Below, in pieces: positions 26,801 to 40,125 of a stretch of 64,000 nt of DNA. Numbering within the stretch: position 1 is the stretch's first letter; every line of letters begins with the position of its first letter. A program made the position numbers and the translations under genes. Under the pieces are notes generated by a model, which saw nothing but the letters and a program-made list of their open reading frames with translations, had not been told where the DNA came from and made no database searches. The stretch is taken from NCBI RefSeq assembly GCF_002113885.1, contig NW_018403450.1, positions 1,347,405 to 1,411,404 on the forward strand, read 5' to 3'. This DNA is from Mizuhopecten yessoensis. Lineage: Eukaryota.

Positions 26801-27579
26801 TTGTGTTGGAAAATGGACATATCATGTTTACAATATTTATGAGCTAGCTTATAAAAGAATGAAGATATGGAGAATGCTAAAACACAAATTGGATAGAAAA
26901 AGTTTTACAACAATATATACCTCTTTTATTAGACCAATACTTGAATGTGGGGATGTAGTATGGGATAAATGTAGTAACCAAAATAATAATATTCTTGAGT
27001 CAATCCAGCTAGAGGCATTAAGAATTATTACATGATTGCGGAAAGGGATCTCGCATTGTAAGCTTTATGCAGAAACTGGATTTGAATCACTTTGTTGTTG
27101 GCGAAAAAATCATAAATTAGTGTTTATGTTCAAAATAATGAATCGCCTAAGTACCTAGAAGACATCATTGAACCATACCTTCACAGCAATATAAATGAAA
27201 GAAAATTCAATATCATAACTTGTCAGCTGAGAAATCATGCTAGCAACCTAAATAGTGACTTACATATACGGATCATCTGAATGACACACCAGCATGTCGA
27301 TGTAGACATGCAAATAAAAATGCATTTCATTACATATTTGAATGCCCACTCTATAACACTATTAGAATGCAATTAGTAATAAAAAAATCTCCTTTTGGTA
27401 TAACTGGTACTTATGAACATTTTAATCTAAACATTCTATTAAATGGGTGCTTAATATGCAGCGCTGATACCAACATATCAATTTTACAAAGTATATCTGA
27501 CATTTGTCAAACTAATAGGCTTGATATATACTCTCACACACAGCATAACTTTACATTGAAAGTGATGCTATTATTTATA
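23887..27579 (+). mobile_element. Decayed, near-complete ORF2 of a CR1-group LINE (APE endonuclease + RT)
   Basis: HLNVRSL, DILCLPETHL and SDH (APE); FCDVSKAFDRVWH, GVPQGSVIGPFLFLIYINDI and LFADDT (RT); C-terminal Cys/His motif near 27290-27350. Many stops and frameshifts, and an interruption at 24848-25700. Confidence 0.92.
24848..25700. mobile_element. Insertion replacing ~300 bp of the LINE; Helentron/HINE-like non-autonomous element (tentative)
   Basis: Absent from the homologous LINE segment at ~41660-42000. It starts with a GC-rich hairpin ctcgggcgc-ctaa-gtgcccgag and carries repeated ccggaa motifs. Confidence 0.55.
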
Positions 27580-27581
27580 AT

Positions 27582-27764
27582 AGAACATCTAACATTACAT
27601 TCATTGTCTTACAACGCACCTCTGTATGACGTAAACGTGTCAGTTGATTGTCTTGCCACTGTCCAGAGGGGTTGAGCAGTGAGAGGTTTGTCTGATCTGC
27701 CCCTATATAAGACAGACACGGACACTGTTGGACATCATTCCCTGGCTGGACAACCCCTGAGGAG
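27582..27764 (+). promoter_or_regulatory. Core promoter and non-coding exon 1 of copy B
   Basis: TATATAA 27704-27710, TCATTC 27735-27740, donor after 27764. Confidence 0.75.
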
Positions 27765-27920
27765 GTATGTACTACTAATCTTGTACCGTTACTTACACAT
27801 TATCATAGGGACGATTTTCTCTCTTTTATGTTTAGGTGTTAACTCTAGTGTTAGATATCTAACACTAAAACTGCATGTGTAGACTGTCTATATTGGACGC
27901 CACTGAATGCTATATACCAT

Positions 27921-28594
27921 AAACTATGACAATGCAGATTTTGATAAAATGAATAGAGCTCTAAATGAAATATATTGGGAAATACTTATAATAATCTTGA
28001 CTCGAATGAGTTTAATAATTTTTTAACAGATTCTATGAATAATAAAATAGAAGAATGTATACCATCCAAAATTAGAACTGTTCGCCCTAATGATCAACCT
28101 TGGATGAAGAATATATATATCAATAATATATAGTGCTTTGTTAAATACATTTTAAGAAAATTAACTCCAATAATAGATGATAATAACTACATTTTCCTAT
28201 ATGAATCCATATCATATTCTGAAATTTCACAAAATGTTAATTGCTTGGTAACTAATCCTATATATCCAGTGGGTGGATGGCCAATGCGTTTATACACAGG
28301 GACTTATGGGCCTGTATCCTTTGGATTTTATGTAGGATGGGTTGTCAACAAATATACATGATTATTTAATTGTTAATATCCAAAACATAAACAGAAAATG
28401 ATTGAATAAAAGTTGAAAAATGTTCATTTCACAAGTTAAATTGGATTGATCTCCACTGGACTGTTTGATTAGATTGTTAAGACAGAATATATGTAATGTT
28501 TGTAAATAAATTTGGAAAGGACTTAAGTATGCATAGCCTGATGTTCAATTCAATTTACATATATAAAGTCAATAAAATCTGTTGAAATTGAATT
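27921..28594 (+). mobile_element. 5'-truncated, internally deleted CR1-group LINE in intron 1 of copy B, with a ~17-bp TSD
   Basis: The 5' part matches 24728-24847. The tail is aataaaatctgttgaaattgaa. TSD tgaatg(c/a)tatataccat at 27904-27920 and 28595-28611; the empty site in copy A is at ~13835-13851. Confidence 0.8.
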
Positions 28595-29539
28595 TGAATG
28601 ATATATACCATTGACTATATATAATGGGGAAATGGGTTTTGCTAATGCTAGTTATATATATATAGTATTTAAGAGAGAAAAATAATAGTTTGAGCAATCT
28701 GTTAGTTTCAAATTGAAGACATCACTAGCGCGAGTAAGATAAGCATGATAAACAACAGTTAAGAATTTAGAACACCTTTCTGCCACATTTGTATATGATA
28801 TTGTCGTGTGATTGAGATTGTGAGGTTCAGGCTGCGTCAGAATTTGTTTAAGTTGGCCAAATAGTTTATTGATTTGTGAGAATCGTCAGACTACATTATA
28901 GCATTACACCTGAAAGTTTTTGAACTGATTTATTGTACTACATGAATTTGGCGGTTTTTTATTTTGATCAATTATGTTTGGAACTAAATCACAAATGTTC
29001 GCAAATTGAATGCAGAAGAACAAAGTCGAAGGAGGCTCATATTCAAACGGTTACCATTAACATTTGAATCCATCAGAATATCGGAAAATGTTAATCAATC
29101 ACCATGTTATCGGTCTTATTAGACTACCTCCGCGGCAGTTAATGGATAGATCTTGAAGTTAACAAATAGTAGCCACTATGGTAAAAATGTGTTTAAACAT
29201 ACACATGTTTCTGTTCATGTAAATCATTTTGGCGGATATCTCATTTTCTCGACACACGTTATAAGCGATCGCCCTACGTTTGTATTAAAATATATTGTAA
29301 TCTAAAAGACATACACAGGAATTGAGGATATCCTTACATGCAATGCTCTGTGTAGAGTTGTTTTTTTCTAAACTACTTGACCGGTATTCTTTTGATAATC
29401 AAGTCCAAGTAACCATCTGTGGCTGATATCGCATGTTTTATTATGATGTTAGAGCTTAGTTACTCATAAAATATGTGATTTATAATGTACGTGATGAATT
29501 ATCATGACACTGTGTCTTTGTTTTCACAGATAGATCAGC

Positions 29540-32003
29540 ATGTTTGCCCTTGCTATCCTTGCCTCCCTTGCTACCGTAACCCTAGCCAACTTTTATGGTG
29601 AGTTTATTTAACATAGTGCATTACAGTATTCAAATTATTCAATCGCAGTCAACAACGATATCTAGATCTTTTGAAAGCGAATGAACCCATTGTGCTGGTA
29701 GGCGAGGGTGTGAATCCCAGTTGAACAACTAGTTTCGGTCATTAAGACAAGATGTCCATCAATTGTACAATACACCCAAGTCTTTGTTTTATCAAAATAC
29801 TGCGCTGGTTTGATTGATATTATTTCAATGAATATTTTATAGTGATATTTTCTACAAATAAATCTCTCTGTTAGCTTTTTGCTTGACAATATGTTGCGAT
29901 ACACCTAGCACAGTCTGTATACAATGAAATTAAAAATTTTATGATATCATGTCTTGTTTTAGGCCATTATCCGATGGGTGGCTTCGTCGGCCATAGAATG
30001 CATTACGGATATCCCAAAGGCGGATTTATGATTGGTGGCGGGTATGGTGGATACAGGAAGGGAGGATACCACAAGGTGATGCACCGTCCAGTGATCGGAG
30101 GGTACCCCAAGGGAGGCCACATGGTAGCTATACCAATCATCAAGGGAGGTTACAAAAAGGGGGGACACATCGGAGGATACCCAAAAGGTGGATTTATCGG
30201 AGGAAAGGGCGGTTTTCTCGGTGGATACCCTAAGGGTGGAATCATCGGAGGTCATGGCGGTATGATTGGTGGATACCCTAAGGGGGGAATCATAGGAGGA
30301 AATGGTGGTATTCTTGGTGGATACCCAAAAGGTGGATTCATCGGAGGAAAGGGTGGTATTTTCGGTGGATACCCTAAGGGAGGAATCATCGGAGGACATG
30401 GCGGTATGATTGGTGGATATCCTAATGGTGGAATCATCGGAGGACATGGCGGTATGAGTGGTGGATTTATCGGAGGCAATGTTGGAGGACACATTGGAGG
30501 ACATATTGCCGGCGGAAGTAATGGAGCTGGACATATCGGAGGCAGTTCTGTTGGAGGGGGTTTCCGAGCTACTATCGGTGATGACTTTGGAGTTGTGTCG
30601 TCTAATGGAGGACGAGTTGTCGTTGGAGGCGATTTAGAAGGCATTTCTGGAAATGGATTGAACGTTATTTCCAGTGACGATGATTTTACAGCCATTAACT
30701 TCAACGGCGGATCCGGAGCTATTATAGGTGATGATTTTGGAGTTACTTTTGGAAGTAATGGTGGAGCTATCGTAGGCGACGATACAAGCATTGCTTTCGG
30801 AGGAAACGGAGGTGCCATTGTCAACGACGATTTTGGAATTGCTTTTGGAGGAAATGGAGGCGCTATTGCTGGTGATGACTTCGGAGTTTCGTTTGGAAAT
30901 GGAATTGGAGCAGGAAATGGAAACGGAAACGGAATCAATATTGGAGGTGGAGTAGGAGGATTTAGCGGTGGAGTGAGTCACGGATTAGGATCTAATGTTG
31001 GACTATCCAGTGGTTTTGTAGGAGGACACGGAGGCATCAGTAAGTATGATACTATCAAGATGATAAAAGTATTAGCATTTTTAATATACAAAAATACCAT
31101 AGAATTACCATTGTAATTATTGCTGTATCCAGATATTGTTATTGTTATCTTTTACATTTACTTAAATGTTGCAACTCCACAGTTTCCTCAAAATTACAAT
31201 ATTTACATCATACACTGTTCTAATAGCATCTCTGTCTTTTACTATACAAGAGGATCCGTCTCTCTCGTTTTTACAATTGTTCCATTTGGAATTTCACAAC
31301 TTATATAGGATTGATGGTTATGTCCCATTTTCATTTTGCAGTGCACAAAGGAGGATTTGGAGGCATTCAGAAGAGTGGCTTCATTGGAGGTAATTGTGTA
31401 TTATAATTATATGTTTACCGTAAACAATAATATTATTCATTCATTGTTCACTATTTATAACTTTTCATGTCTTGGTCATATCATTATGTATTACTTGCTA
31501 CTGACGGCATGAGAGAAGCTAGTAAATGTAACCATCTGTACAATAAAGCTTTGAGCCATTGTTCAAATTAGATGTCACAATTAAAAGGACGCTAACACAT
31601 ATTTTCATGTTTTTCGCTATTGATCTTTTGCAGGACATGGAGGATTTGGAGGTTTAAAGAAAGGAAACCTAATCGGAGGTGATTGTTTATTTTAATTATA
31701 CTTACCAGATGTAAAACATGCTAATGCTAGTTTAATGAAGTAATGTCCCGTAGCTGAAGCTCTTACATCTACAAAGTGTCGATTGATACACGTATGGTCT
31801 ACATGTAAACATCGTTCATTTGTTCCTACTTTCAATCATTTAGAGTTTGAATTTAGGTCTTGTTTACTCTTCAATAACCCTGTGTATTTTCTTATTCTAT
31901 TTGTTTTTCCCTGAATTATATCATAAACATTATGCTTTAAAATATTGATGAAATTTAACAAAACCTTATGTCACTTTTGTTTCCTTTTACAGGTGGATAT
32001 TAA
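29540..32003 (+). CDS. Secreted Gly-rich basic/acidic block protein, copy B (412 aa)
   Basis: join(29540-29597,29963-31039,31342-31389,31634-31678,31993-32003). All introns are GT-AG and phase 1; 1239 nt; ends GGY*. AATAAA 32344-32349. Confidence 0.9.
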
Positions 32004-33059
32004 GTCAAGCAAATCCAATTGCATTAGTCCCGTGCAAAGATGTAAAGGGGAGGGGGCTCTCCAGCCACGTATGATCACGTGATTATACTAACCTTGTCAC
32101 ACCGGCGCCGCAGTTGTGACAAGTATATTTGTTGAGGTTCCAGTTTCATGAATGGTTCTTATATAATGAGAATTCATTGTCCTTAGTTTTTACCATTGGA
32201 AAGTGTTGCTGAACTTTTAGGGGGAATATGCAGTCAAGGAAACGTTTTATTCTAAATAATGATTTCCTACGGCAAACCTTAAGTTAATAAGTTTCCTTTG
32301 GATAAGTACCATTCGTGAAACTGGGATTAGTTAAGTTATTCGAAATAAAATATTGTTGGTAATTTTATACATGTTTTGTCGTTCTCTGTTCTCTTCACGG
32401 TACGTTAAAATGTTTTGACTGACAGTGACGATTTAGTATCCATTTCAATGGATACACCATATATGGTTATTTAATAAGACTGGTATCATTAATAACTTAC
32501 ACAACAAGTTATGACTATAGTTATGTGATGATGCTAAAGTGTAAACCCAAAAATAATGAATTTATCATTCAAATTGATCTGAGTTGAATAACTTGTTTTA
32601 AAAAACAGATATCGAGGCAAAGAATAAGAATATTTAAAAAAAAAATGTCAACAATAAATGCAATCAAACATTAAATGAAAGCGTTATCGTATCTGAGAGC
32701 AATAACACCAACAAATCAAAACTGCGTTCTCTCTCTGATTATTTCTATAATTGTTACGGGTTGATGTTGTTTTCAATGTCATAGTTTGCACCAATATTTC
32801 TGTAGACACGACTATGGTTACGTGATCGTGATAAAATAAAATTGAAATTCATGTTACTCGTTTGATTTATAAACAAGTGTACGAATAAATTCGATAACCC
32901 ACCCACTTCACTCGCAACAGACCAAATTAGGGGACACATTTTTTTCTAATTTATTTGTCAAGAATAACCATACAAATTCCTTTCATAGCCTCCTATATTA
33001 AATTGTAAGGGATTTTAAGACGACCTGTCTTTATCATTCAATGACACCAGATTCTACCG

Positions 33060-33916
33060 TAACCTGACTTAACCAACGCATGATTTAACCAACACATGAC
33101 CTAACCAACATGTCACATAACCAACACATGACTTAGCCAACATGTGACATAACCAACACATGACTTAACCAACATGTGACCTAACCAACACATGACTTAA
33201 CCAACATATGACCTAACCAATACATGATTTATTCAACACACGACTCAACCAGCATGTAACTTGACCAACACATGACTTAACCAGCATATGACCTAACCAA
33301 CATATGACTCAGCCAACATGTGACTTAACCAACACATGACTTAAGCAACACGTGACTTAATCAACACATGATTTAACCAACATGTGACCTAACCAATATG
33401 TGACTTCACCAACACATGACTTAACCAACATGTGACGTAACCAACACATGACTTAACCAACACATGACTCTACCAACATATAACTCAGCCAACATGTGAC
33501 CTAACCAACAAGTGATTTGACCAACCTCTGACTTAACCAAGACATGACTTAACCAAGACATGACATAACCAACACATGACTCAACCAACATATGACTCAG
33601 CCAACATGTGACTTAACCAACACATGACTTAACCAACCTATGTCTTAACCAACACATGGCTCAACCAAGACATGACTCAACCAACACATGACTTAACCAA
33701 CACATGACTCAACCAACACATGACTCAACCAGCACATGACTTAACCAACACCTGACTCAACCAACACATGACTTAACCAATACATGACTTAACCAACACA
33801 TGACTCAACCAACACATGGCTCAACCAACGCATGGCTCAACCAACACATGGCTCAACCAACACATGGCTCCACCAACACATGACTTAACCAACATGTGTT
33901 TTAACCAACAAATGAC
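33060..33916. repeat. 16-bp satellite array downstream of copy B (~0.85 kb)
   Basis: Unit aaccaacacatgact(t/c). Confidence 0.95.
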
Positions 33917-34199
33917 TATATCAAAACAGGAATTACTCAATATATACATCACGAGGTTCAAATATGTCTTGCTTCAGTTCCTTACCTTCAAACTTTTAAC
34001 TTTTGCCACACATTTTATTTTGCAATACAACTGTATTCATATCAGCTATACACGTCATTGCCCGATTTGTTTGATATCGCTGGCATATCCTTGAACATGT
34101 CTGTTTTATTTATTAAACAAGCATATTTATTCATCACACACAAATTGTTGAAAGATGAACATTTTACATAACAGGCTGAATTCATAAAGATGTTGTTTT

Positions 34200-34451
34200 A
34201 TGACCACCCCATCCTATAAGCTCAAGGCTCACTTTTTCAAGAAACAGTGTCTCATATCTGGCACCTGGACCCAACACGGTAGGATTGTTATCAGGAATAA
34301 CAGTGGAGAGAAACAACAAGTCACTAAGCTTGAAGAGGATCCTACACCGACCCCTCTCCTAAGAATCAACCAGGCCCAAGGACGCTGGCTTCTAACCGTG
34401 ACAGATCCTACAACAGGCAGCCACATCATAAGTGATCTGATGAATACATAA
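34200..34451 (+). mobile_element. Possible LINE ORF1 C-terminal fragment
   Basis: ISGTWTQHGRIVIR resembles the W-T-x-x-G-(K/R)-I motif at the end of CR1/L2-group ORF1 proteins. The segment is absent downstream of copy C. Confidence 0.35.
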
Positions 34452-35965
34452 ACTGATCATGATTATGTGTCATTTGTTTGTTTTGTTTCTTTTTGCTTTA
34501 TTTATATCAAATAAGTCCAATATGTACCATTACTGTATAAATCTCACCATATGACTATGTGTGTAGAACCAATTATACATATATCATATTAGTAACTTAT
34601 TTGATACAAATATATAACTTATGATTTTGCTATATCATCAATATAATATACAATACTCATATATATCACCAAAGCTTAGTGATATGTATGTGTTGCTCTT
34701 GGATTATAACATTTGCACATTTTCTTTTACAATGGAAACTTTTATACCTAGGTAAAAGTAAACTTACCTTGCCAAATTATTGATGTTCCATCAATTGAAT
34801 ACATACATATATGTATATAGATTATGAACACGTAATCTACCAACATTATCTAGGTATCTCAAAATAATTTAATCTTGCTTGCAATAAGCATTTTCATTGG
34901 CTTAAAAATGTATTTCAGCCCATAACTAATCTTATCTAATTAGTGATGTTCTACTAATTGATAATATGTATATGTATACAGCCGATATATGTTATATCCA
35001 TGCGTTATGGAATAATAGATATGCAAGTTTGTGATAAAACATATTTACAGTATCTTGAAATATGCACCTGTAATACATGTGTACCATGTATATAGTACTC
35101 ATCGTTAAGGGATATGCATAGACATGGCCGCACCATGTACAATGTAACCTTTCAATCAAGCCCCTTCATTTTGTTTATGTATTGTGTGTAGTCTATATAT
35201 ACTATAAAAAGAAGACGTTTTTCTGTATCCATTGACTGCTTGCCTTTCGAACCATCTGACTATGTAATCGTGCTATATACAAATGTGCTATTGATTGGTG
35301 TAACTAACGATATAAACTTCAGTGAAATGGTCACATGTATGACAATTAATAACAAAAGATAATGTCACATATAGATTTGCATTTCATGCCATAATTTCAC
35401 ATACCTGAGTTACAAAATAATACAATCCCAAATACATATTTTACTATCAGCCAGTATCTTGGCCAAATGAAAGAAAAAAAAACACGTGCATACTGTCTTA
35501 CAAATCGCATGTTTTTGGTCTACTCCTTCCAATTAGCAGGTCAATATTCTGTATAATTGAAATTGTACATGAAAATGTCAAATATAGGAATCCCATTATA
35601 ATTGTATTCTCAATCAAAATACTCTATGTCAGATACATATAAATAATGCTGATTGGAAAGGGCGTACACCATAATTGAAGGCAAACCAAATCTTGTTCAC
35701 TACTATGTTTGTGACGTTAAAATCTATATTTAGTCTTACCATGCTGTCTCTAATCATGTTCATCCCGTATTGCTTGTTAAGGTAATGAATCAGTTTAATG
35801 ATGTTTATACCTTGCATACGGTCTTTTTACTTTTTGTTGACACTAAAAACCTATTGACGTGTCCTAATGTTTACCACTTGATTGTCTTTGATAATGGATA
35901 AATATAAGAATATCGTTATTACATTAACTGGGACAAATCTATATTGTGAGGATTATGACTATATC

Positions 35966-37861
35966 AATAATAATAATAATAATAAACTTTATTTATTGAG
36001 GATACAAAACCTGTTTAGCAAAGCTAATCTTCCACAGGGTCCTCTGTTAGTAAAATTGGTTAGTTAAAAGACAAAGTATTATCACAGCAAATAAATGTAC
36101 ATAAAATAAGTGTTGGTCTTACTAAAACAGCAATTCATATCACAGTTATTTCATAATTTAAACGGTCGTTCAATACAATTACAATAAAATTATCACAGAA
36201 GCACGAAATATATTCCGTGCTTAACCCATTATAGTTTTCGTTAAAAGACAAATTGTCTAATTTACATATATGCTAATGTAGCAAAAGCTAAAAATTGACA
36301 GAATACACGCTAATATAGCGAAAATAAAACAAATCAAAGCTGTATCTAAAAAGTATAATAGTAAAAATAAAAGACAATTAAACCGCATTCTTAATGTTAC
36401 CAATCATATTGTGTTTGAATTTTGTCAAGGAGGAAGAGAATCGTACTTCAGCCGGTAAATTATTCCAAATCTGGCTCCCTTGTACCAAAAAGAGTTTGGA
36501 ATAAAATGTGGTACGGTGTTTGGGTACCTTGACAGAGTTTTGGGATGCTGATCTAGTATATCTGTTGTTAGACAAATTAAATTGATTAGAAAGATATCCT
36601 GGAACTAGATTATTTATACATTTGTACACCATAACACCTCTTTTGAATTTCAAATATTCGCCACTGATGGTGTATCAAATGGAGCATCCAACAGTAATCT
36701 TGCAGCTTGTTTCTGCGCTTTTGACAGTTTTTGTAGAAGATTTAAAGAGCATCCGCTCCATACTGTGCTACTGTACATGAAGTAGGGGAAAATACATGCA
36801 TGAAAACATTTAAGTCTAGCTGAAAGTGGTAAATAATGACGGATGCGTCGAAGTAAACCCAAACCACTGTTAATCTTTGAAACAACAGATGCTATGTGAT
36901 CTAACCAAGATAAACTGTTGTCAATTTTTACACCAAGAAGTTTTTCACTCTTTACTTGTTCAATACATTCCTGATCTAATATTAGGCTTAGAGCATCATC
37001 TATTATGTTAAGTTTCTGTTTTGTGGCAATAACCATACATTTCGTGTTATTCCTATTTAGAATCATTTTATTCTCATTACACCAGTCTTGGACTTTATTC
37101 AGATCAGTTTGTAACTCATCCTGTACAATAGAAATATAACTTCCAGATGCACTCAGAGTCGAGTCATCAGCATACATATCTGTACCTGATTTTAGCCCAA
37201 GAGGTAAATCATTGATAAAAATAAGAAACATCAGGGGACCTATTATGGAACCCTGTGGAACACCATGAGTAATTTGATTACTTTTAGAAATATGATTAGA
37301 TACTGTCACTTTTTGAAACCGGTGAGAGAGATAAGATTGAAACCAGCTCAAAGATAATTTGTCACATTGATATATGGCTAACTTTTGAATTAAAACCTCA
37401 TGATCTACCATGTCAAAGGCTTTTTTAAAATCTATAAAAATAACACCATTGACATTTCCTTTGTCAATTTCCTTTGCCCACTTATTAACAATACTGAGTA
37501 AGGCAGTCTCGTAAGAATGATGCTTACGGAACCCTGACTGTGAGGAAACAAGAAGATTATGTTCATTAATATACTTATAAAAACTATTATGAATATGTCT
37601 TTCTAAATTTTTTGATAAAACTGGTAAAATAGACACTGGTCTATAATTAGAAATGTCAGTCATTGCTCCACCTTTATGAAGTGGAATAACTTGAAATTTT
37701 CCACTGACTTGGAAATTGACCTGTGGTGACACTCAAATTTAATATATATGTCAGTGAAATTGAAATTTGAGAGCTTGCTGCCTTCAACAATTTACAACTG
37801 ATATCATCAAGACCAGTGACCTTGTGTACATCTAATGACTTAAGAAAATCTAAGGTAACAG
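35966..37861 (-). mobile_element. 5'-truncated L2/Crack-type LINE with RT domain
   Basis: The 360-aa ORF 36650-37732 has NYRPVSILPVLSK, FIDFKKAFD, GVPQGSIIGP and MYADD, with a frameshifted continuation at 36378-36653. The 3' end has AATAAA and a (TTA)n tail at ~35966-35998. The empty site is at ~23925-23940. Confidence 0.92.
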
Positions 37862-38128
37862 ATTGATCATTCTAGCATTTATAGGTAAAATTACATACCC
37901 TAGCTATTACTTTACATATTGTTTACATTTTGATGAATTTACAATTGTCAATAAATATACATGATTTATTTAATTGTTAATATCTAAAACATTAACAGAA
38001 AATGATTAAATAAAAGTAATAAAATGTTCATTTTACAAATATGTTTGGAAAGGACTTAAATAGGCCTAGCCTGATGTCCAATCCAATTCACATATATAAA
38101 GTCAATAAAATCTGTTGAAATGAAATGA
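37862..38128 (+). mobile_element. Internally deleted relic (5' and 3' ends fused) of the CR1-group LINE seen at 23.9-27.6 kb
   Basis: 37862-37937 matches 23935-24010. 37946-38128 matches the LINE 3' UTR and tail at 28343-28594. Confidence 0.7.
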
Positions 38129-38984
38129 TTGAACAAAATATATAAGTCCGCTGCATTCTTAAACACAGTGAGCAAGTTTAATACCATAGTATAAACTGAA
38201 CTTCAGTGGTAGCTACCAATATTTGTTCAATCCAACTTCTCAAAATACCTTTGATTTATAAGAGTGAAAGAAATTGCTTTATCAGTTAATGATTGTAAAA
38301 CGCAAAAACAAACATTGTCATATACGTATATAACTATCCATCTATATTATTTATATTTCGTCTTTAAACAATTACTATTTGGGGCGTTTCGCATACTTTC
38401 ATGACAATAATAAGATTCTGAGGTACATGTCAAAGGCTTAGCCCGATGAAGAAGTCCATATAACTATATTCATGAGGAAGTTACGGAAGTAAACTCGTGC
38501 AGCATGCAAAGTCCGTAATTATACAAGGCGTGTATCATTTGAATTGTATAGTAAGCCTTCACGAGGCTCAAACCGAAAAACTTTGTTCCATACACATGTA
38601 ACCTTGCTGGAGTTAAGCTCTTTAGACTTTTGCTTTGGTTATATTCAATTAAGTGTAATGCAAACTGTATTTGCATTAGATTTGTTATGTTTCGATGCGT
38701 ATGAATTGCGTTATTGAAAAATGTTGATTCATTTCGTTATTCTTTCATTTTTTTCAATTTTCGATTGAAATATATTTATATAAAGTATACGGTACAATTC
38801 ATGAGAACTTATTAACATCCTAAATTCACCAATACATGGATGAAAAATATCTATTTATATAAATGCATACCATACTTTATTTTAACCAAAATTATAATAT
38901 GAATGTTGGGTTTGACGAAGTGGTGACACAGATTTCTAAAATTAATTAAATTGCGGTCCAGCGAAAGAGGTGTATTAATATACA

Positions 38985-39830
38985 TATGCTCGGAATGTAA
39001 AACAAATGCATATTCTACGTTCTCTAAATATCAAACTCGACCGTAACACATTACAGACTATTTACTTTTCATTTATCGGACCTATTATTGAATATGCTGA
39101 CGTAGTGTGGGATAATATTACCGGTGAATAGAGTGCTAAACTGGAACAAATTAATACTGAGGCAGCTAGGATTGTATATGGTGCAACCAAACTGACAAGC
39201 ATAGCTAAACTGTATATAGAAGTAGGCTGGAACAAACTAATTGAGCGTAGACATCAACACAAACTAATTGTTTTCCAAAATACCCCTATAATACCTCAAC
39301 CGTCTTGTACTACAATCAGTCACTGAAATACATAGCCATAAAACTAGACATTCTGATGTTACAACCATTGCTCCCATTCATTGTCATTCTAATGTGTATC
39401 AAAGATCTTGCTTGTCCTTTGTTATCAATAGCTGGAACTCTATTCAAGTTAACGTTCGGAAAAACCCTTCCATTTATCAATTTAAATCACATAGTAAACG
39501 CAACAACAACAAAAAAACACCAAAACACTACTCATATGGCTCACGTTTAGGACAAATATACCATGCTAGACTACGCATGTCATGCAGCTCTCTTAATGAA
39601 CATTTATGTAGGAAAAACATTGTTAGATCCCCTCTATGCGCATACGGTACCATCGAAAACACTTCTCATTACCTGCTAGATTTTACCTTATACACTGCCA
39701 TCAGACAACTACACATTGAAACCCTTCAGTATCAAATAACTGTCAAACTACTAGTATATGGCGATGAATCGTTATCTGTAGAAGAAAACAAAATGATTGT
39801 CCTCGCTGTTCAGGATTAATATAATAGTAT
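38985..39830 (+). mobile_element. 5'-truncated decayed CR1-group LINE, ORF2 C-terminal region
   Basis: Translates to IYFSFIGPIIEYADVVWDN, EAARIVYGA and YHARLRMSCSSLNEHL...CAYGTIENTSHYLL, with stops and frameshifts. Confidence 0.8.
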
Positions 39831-39901
39831 GATGATATTGTTATTAATGTTTACATGTTGTTTCAAAAAATATTTGAATTATGATTAGCTCAAACCATGG
39901 A

Positions 39902-40125
39902 CGTATGTATGTATGTATGTATGTATGTATGTACGCATGCACCTATGTGTGTATGCATGCATGTGTGAGCGTGTGTGTGTAGGAGTGCATACATTAACGT
40001 ACGTGGGTGCATAACTATGCATGCAGCCATGCACAAGCATGTGCGCAAGTAAATATAATTTATGTATGTATGTAGGTGGGTAGGTATGTATTTACGTACG
40101 TATGTGTGTATATATGTATGTATGA
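39902..40125. repeat. (TATG)n and degenerate TG/TATG microsatellite
   Basis: gtatgtatgtatg run followed by degenerate units. Confidence 0.85.

Noticed and set aside
27679-27882. Conserved 67-aa ORF over the promoter (also 41331-41534)
   Set aside because: It has a GTG start, spans the TATA box and the exon-1 donor, and is disrupted in copy A. Its conservation reflects the duplication.
29692-29725. tRNA or SINE B-box-like gggtgtgaatcccag in intron 2 of copy B
   Set aside because: No cloverleaf, A-box or TSD could be identified, and it is too short to call.
36650-37732. Active or domesticated reverse transcriptase gene
   Set aside because: It is 5'-truncated, lacks an endonuclease and is frameshifted at both ends of the ORF, so it is an ordinary dead LINE copy.
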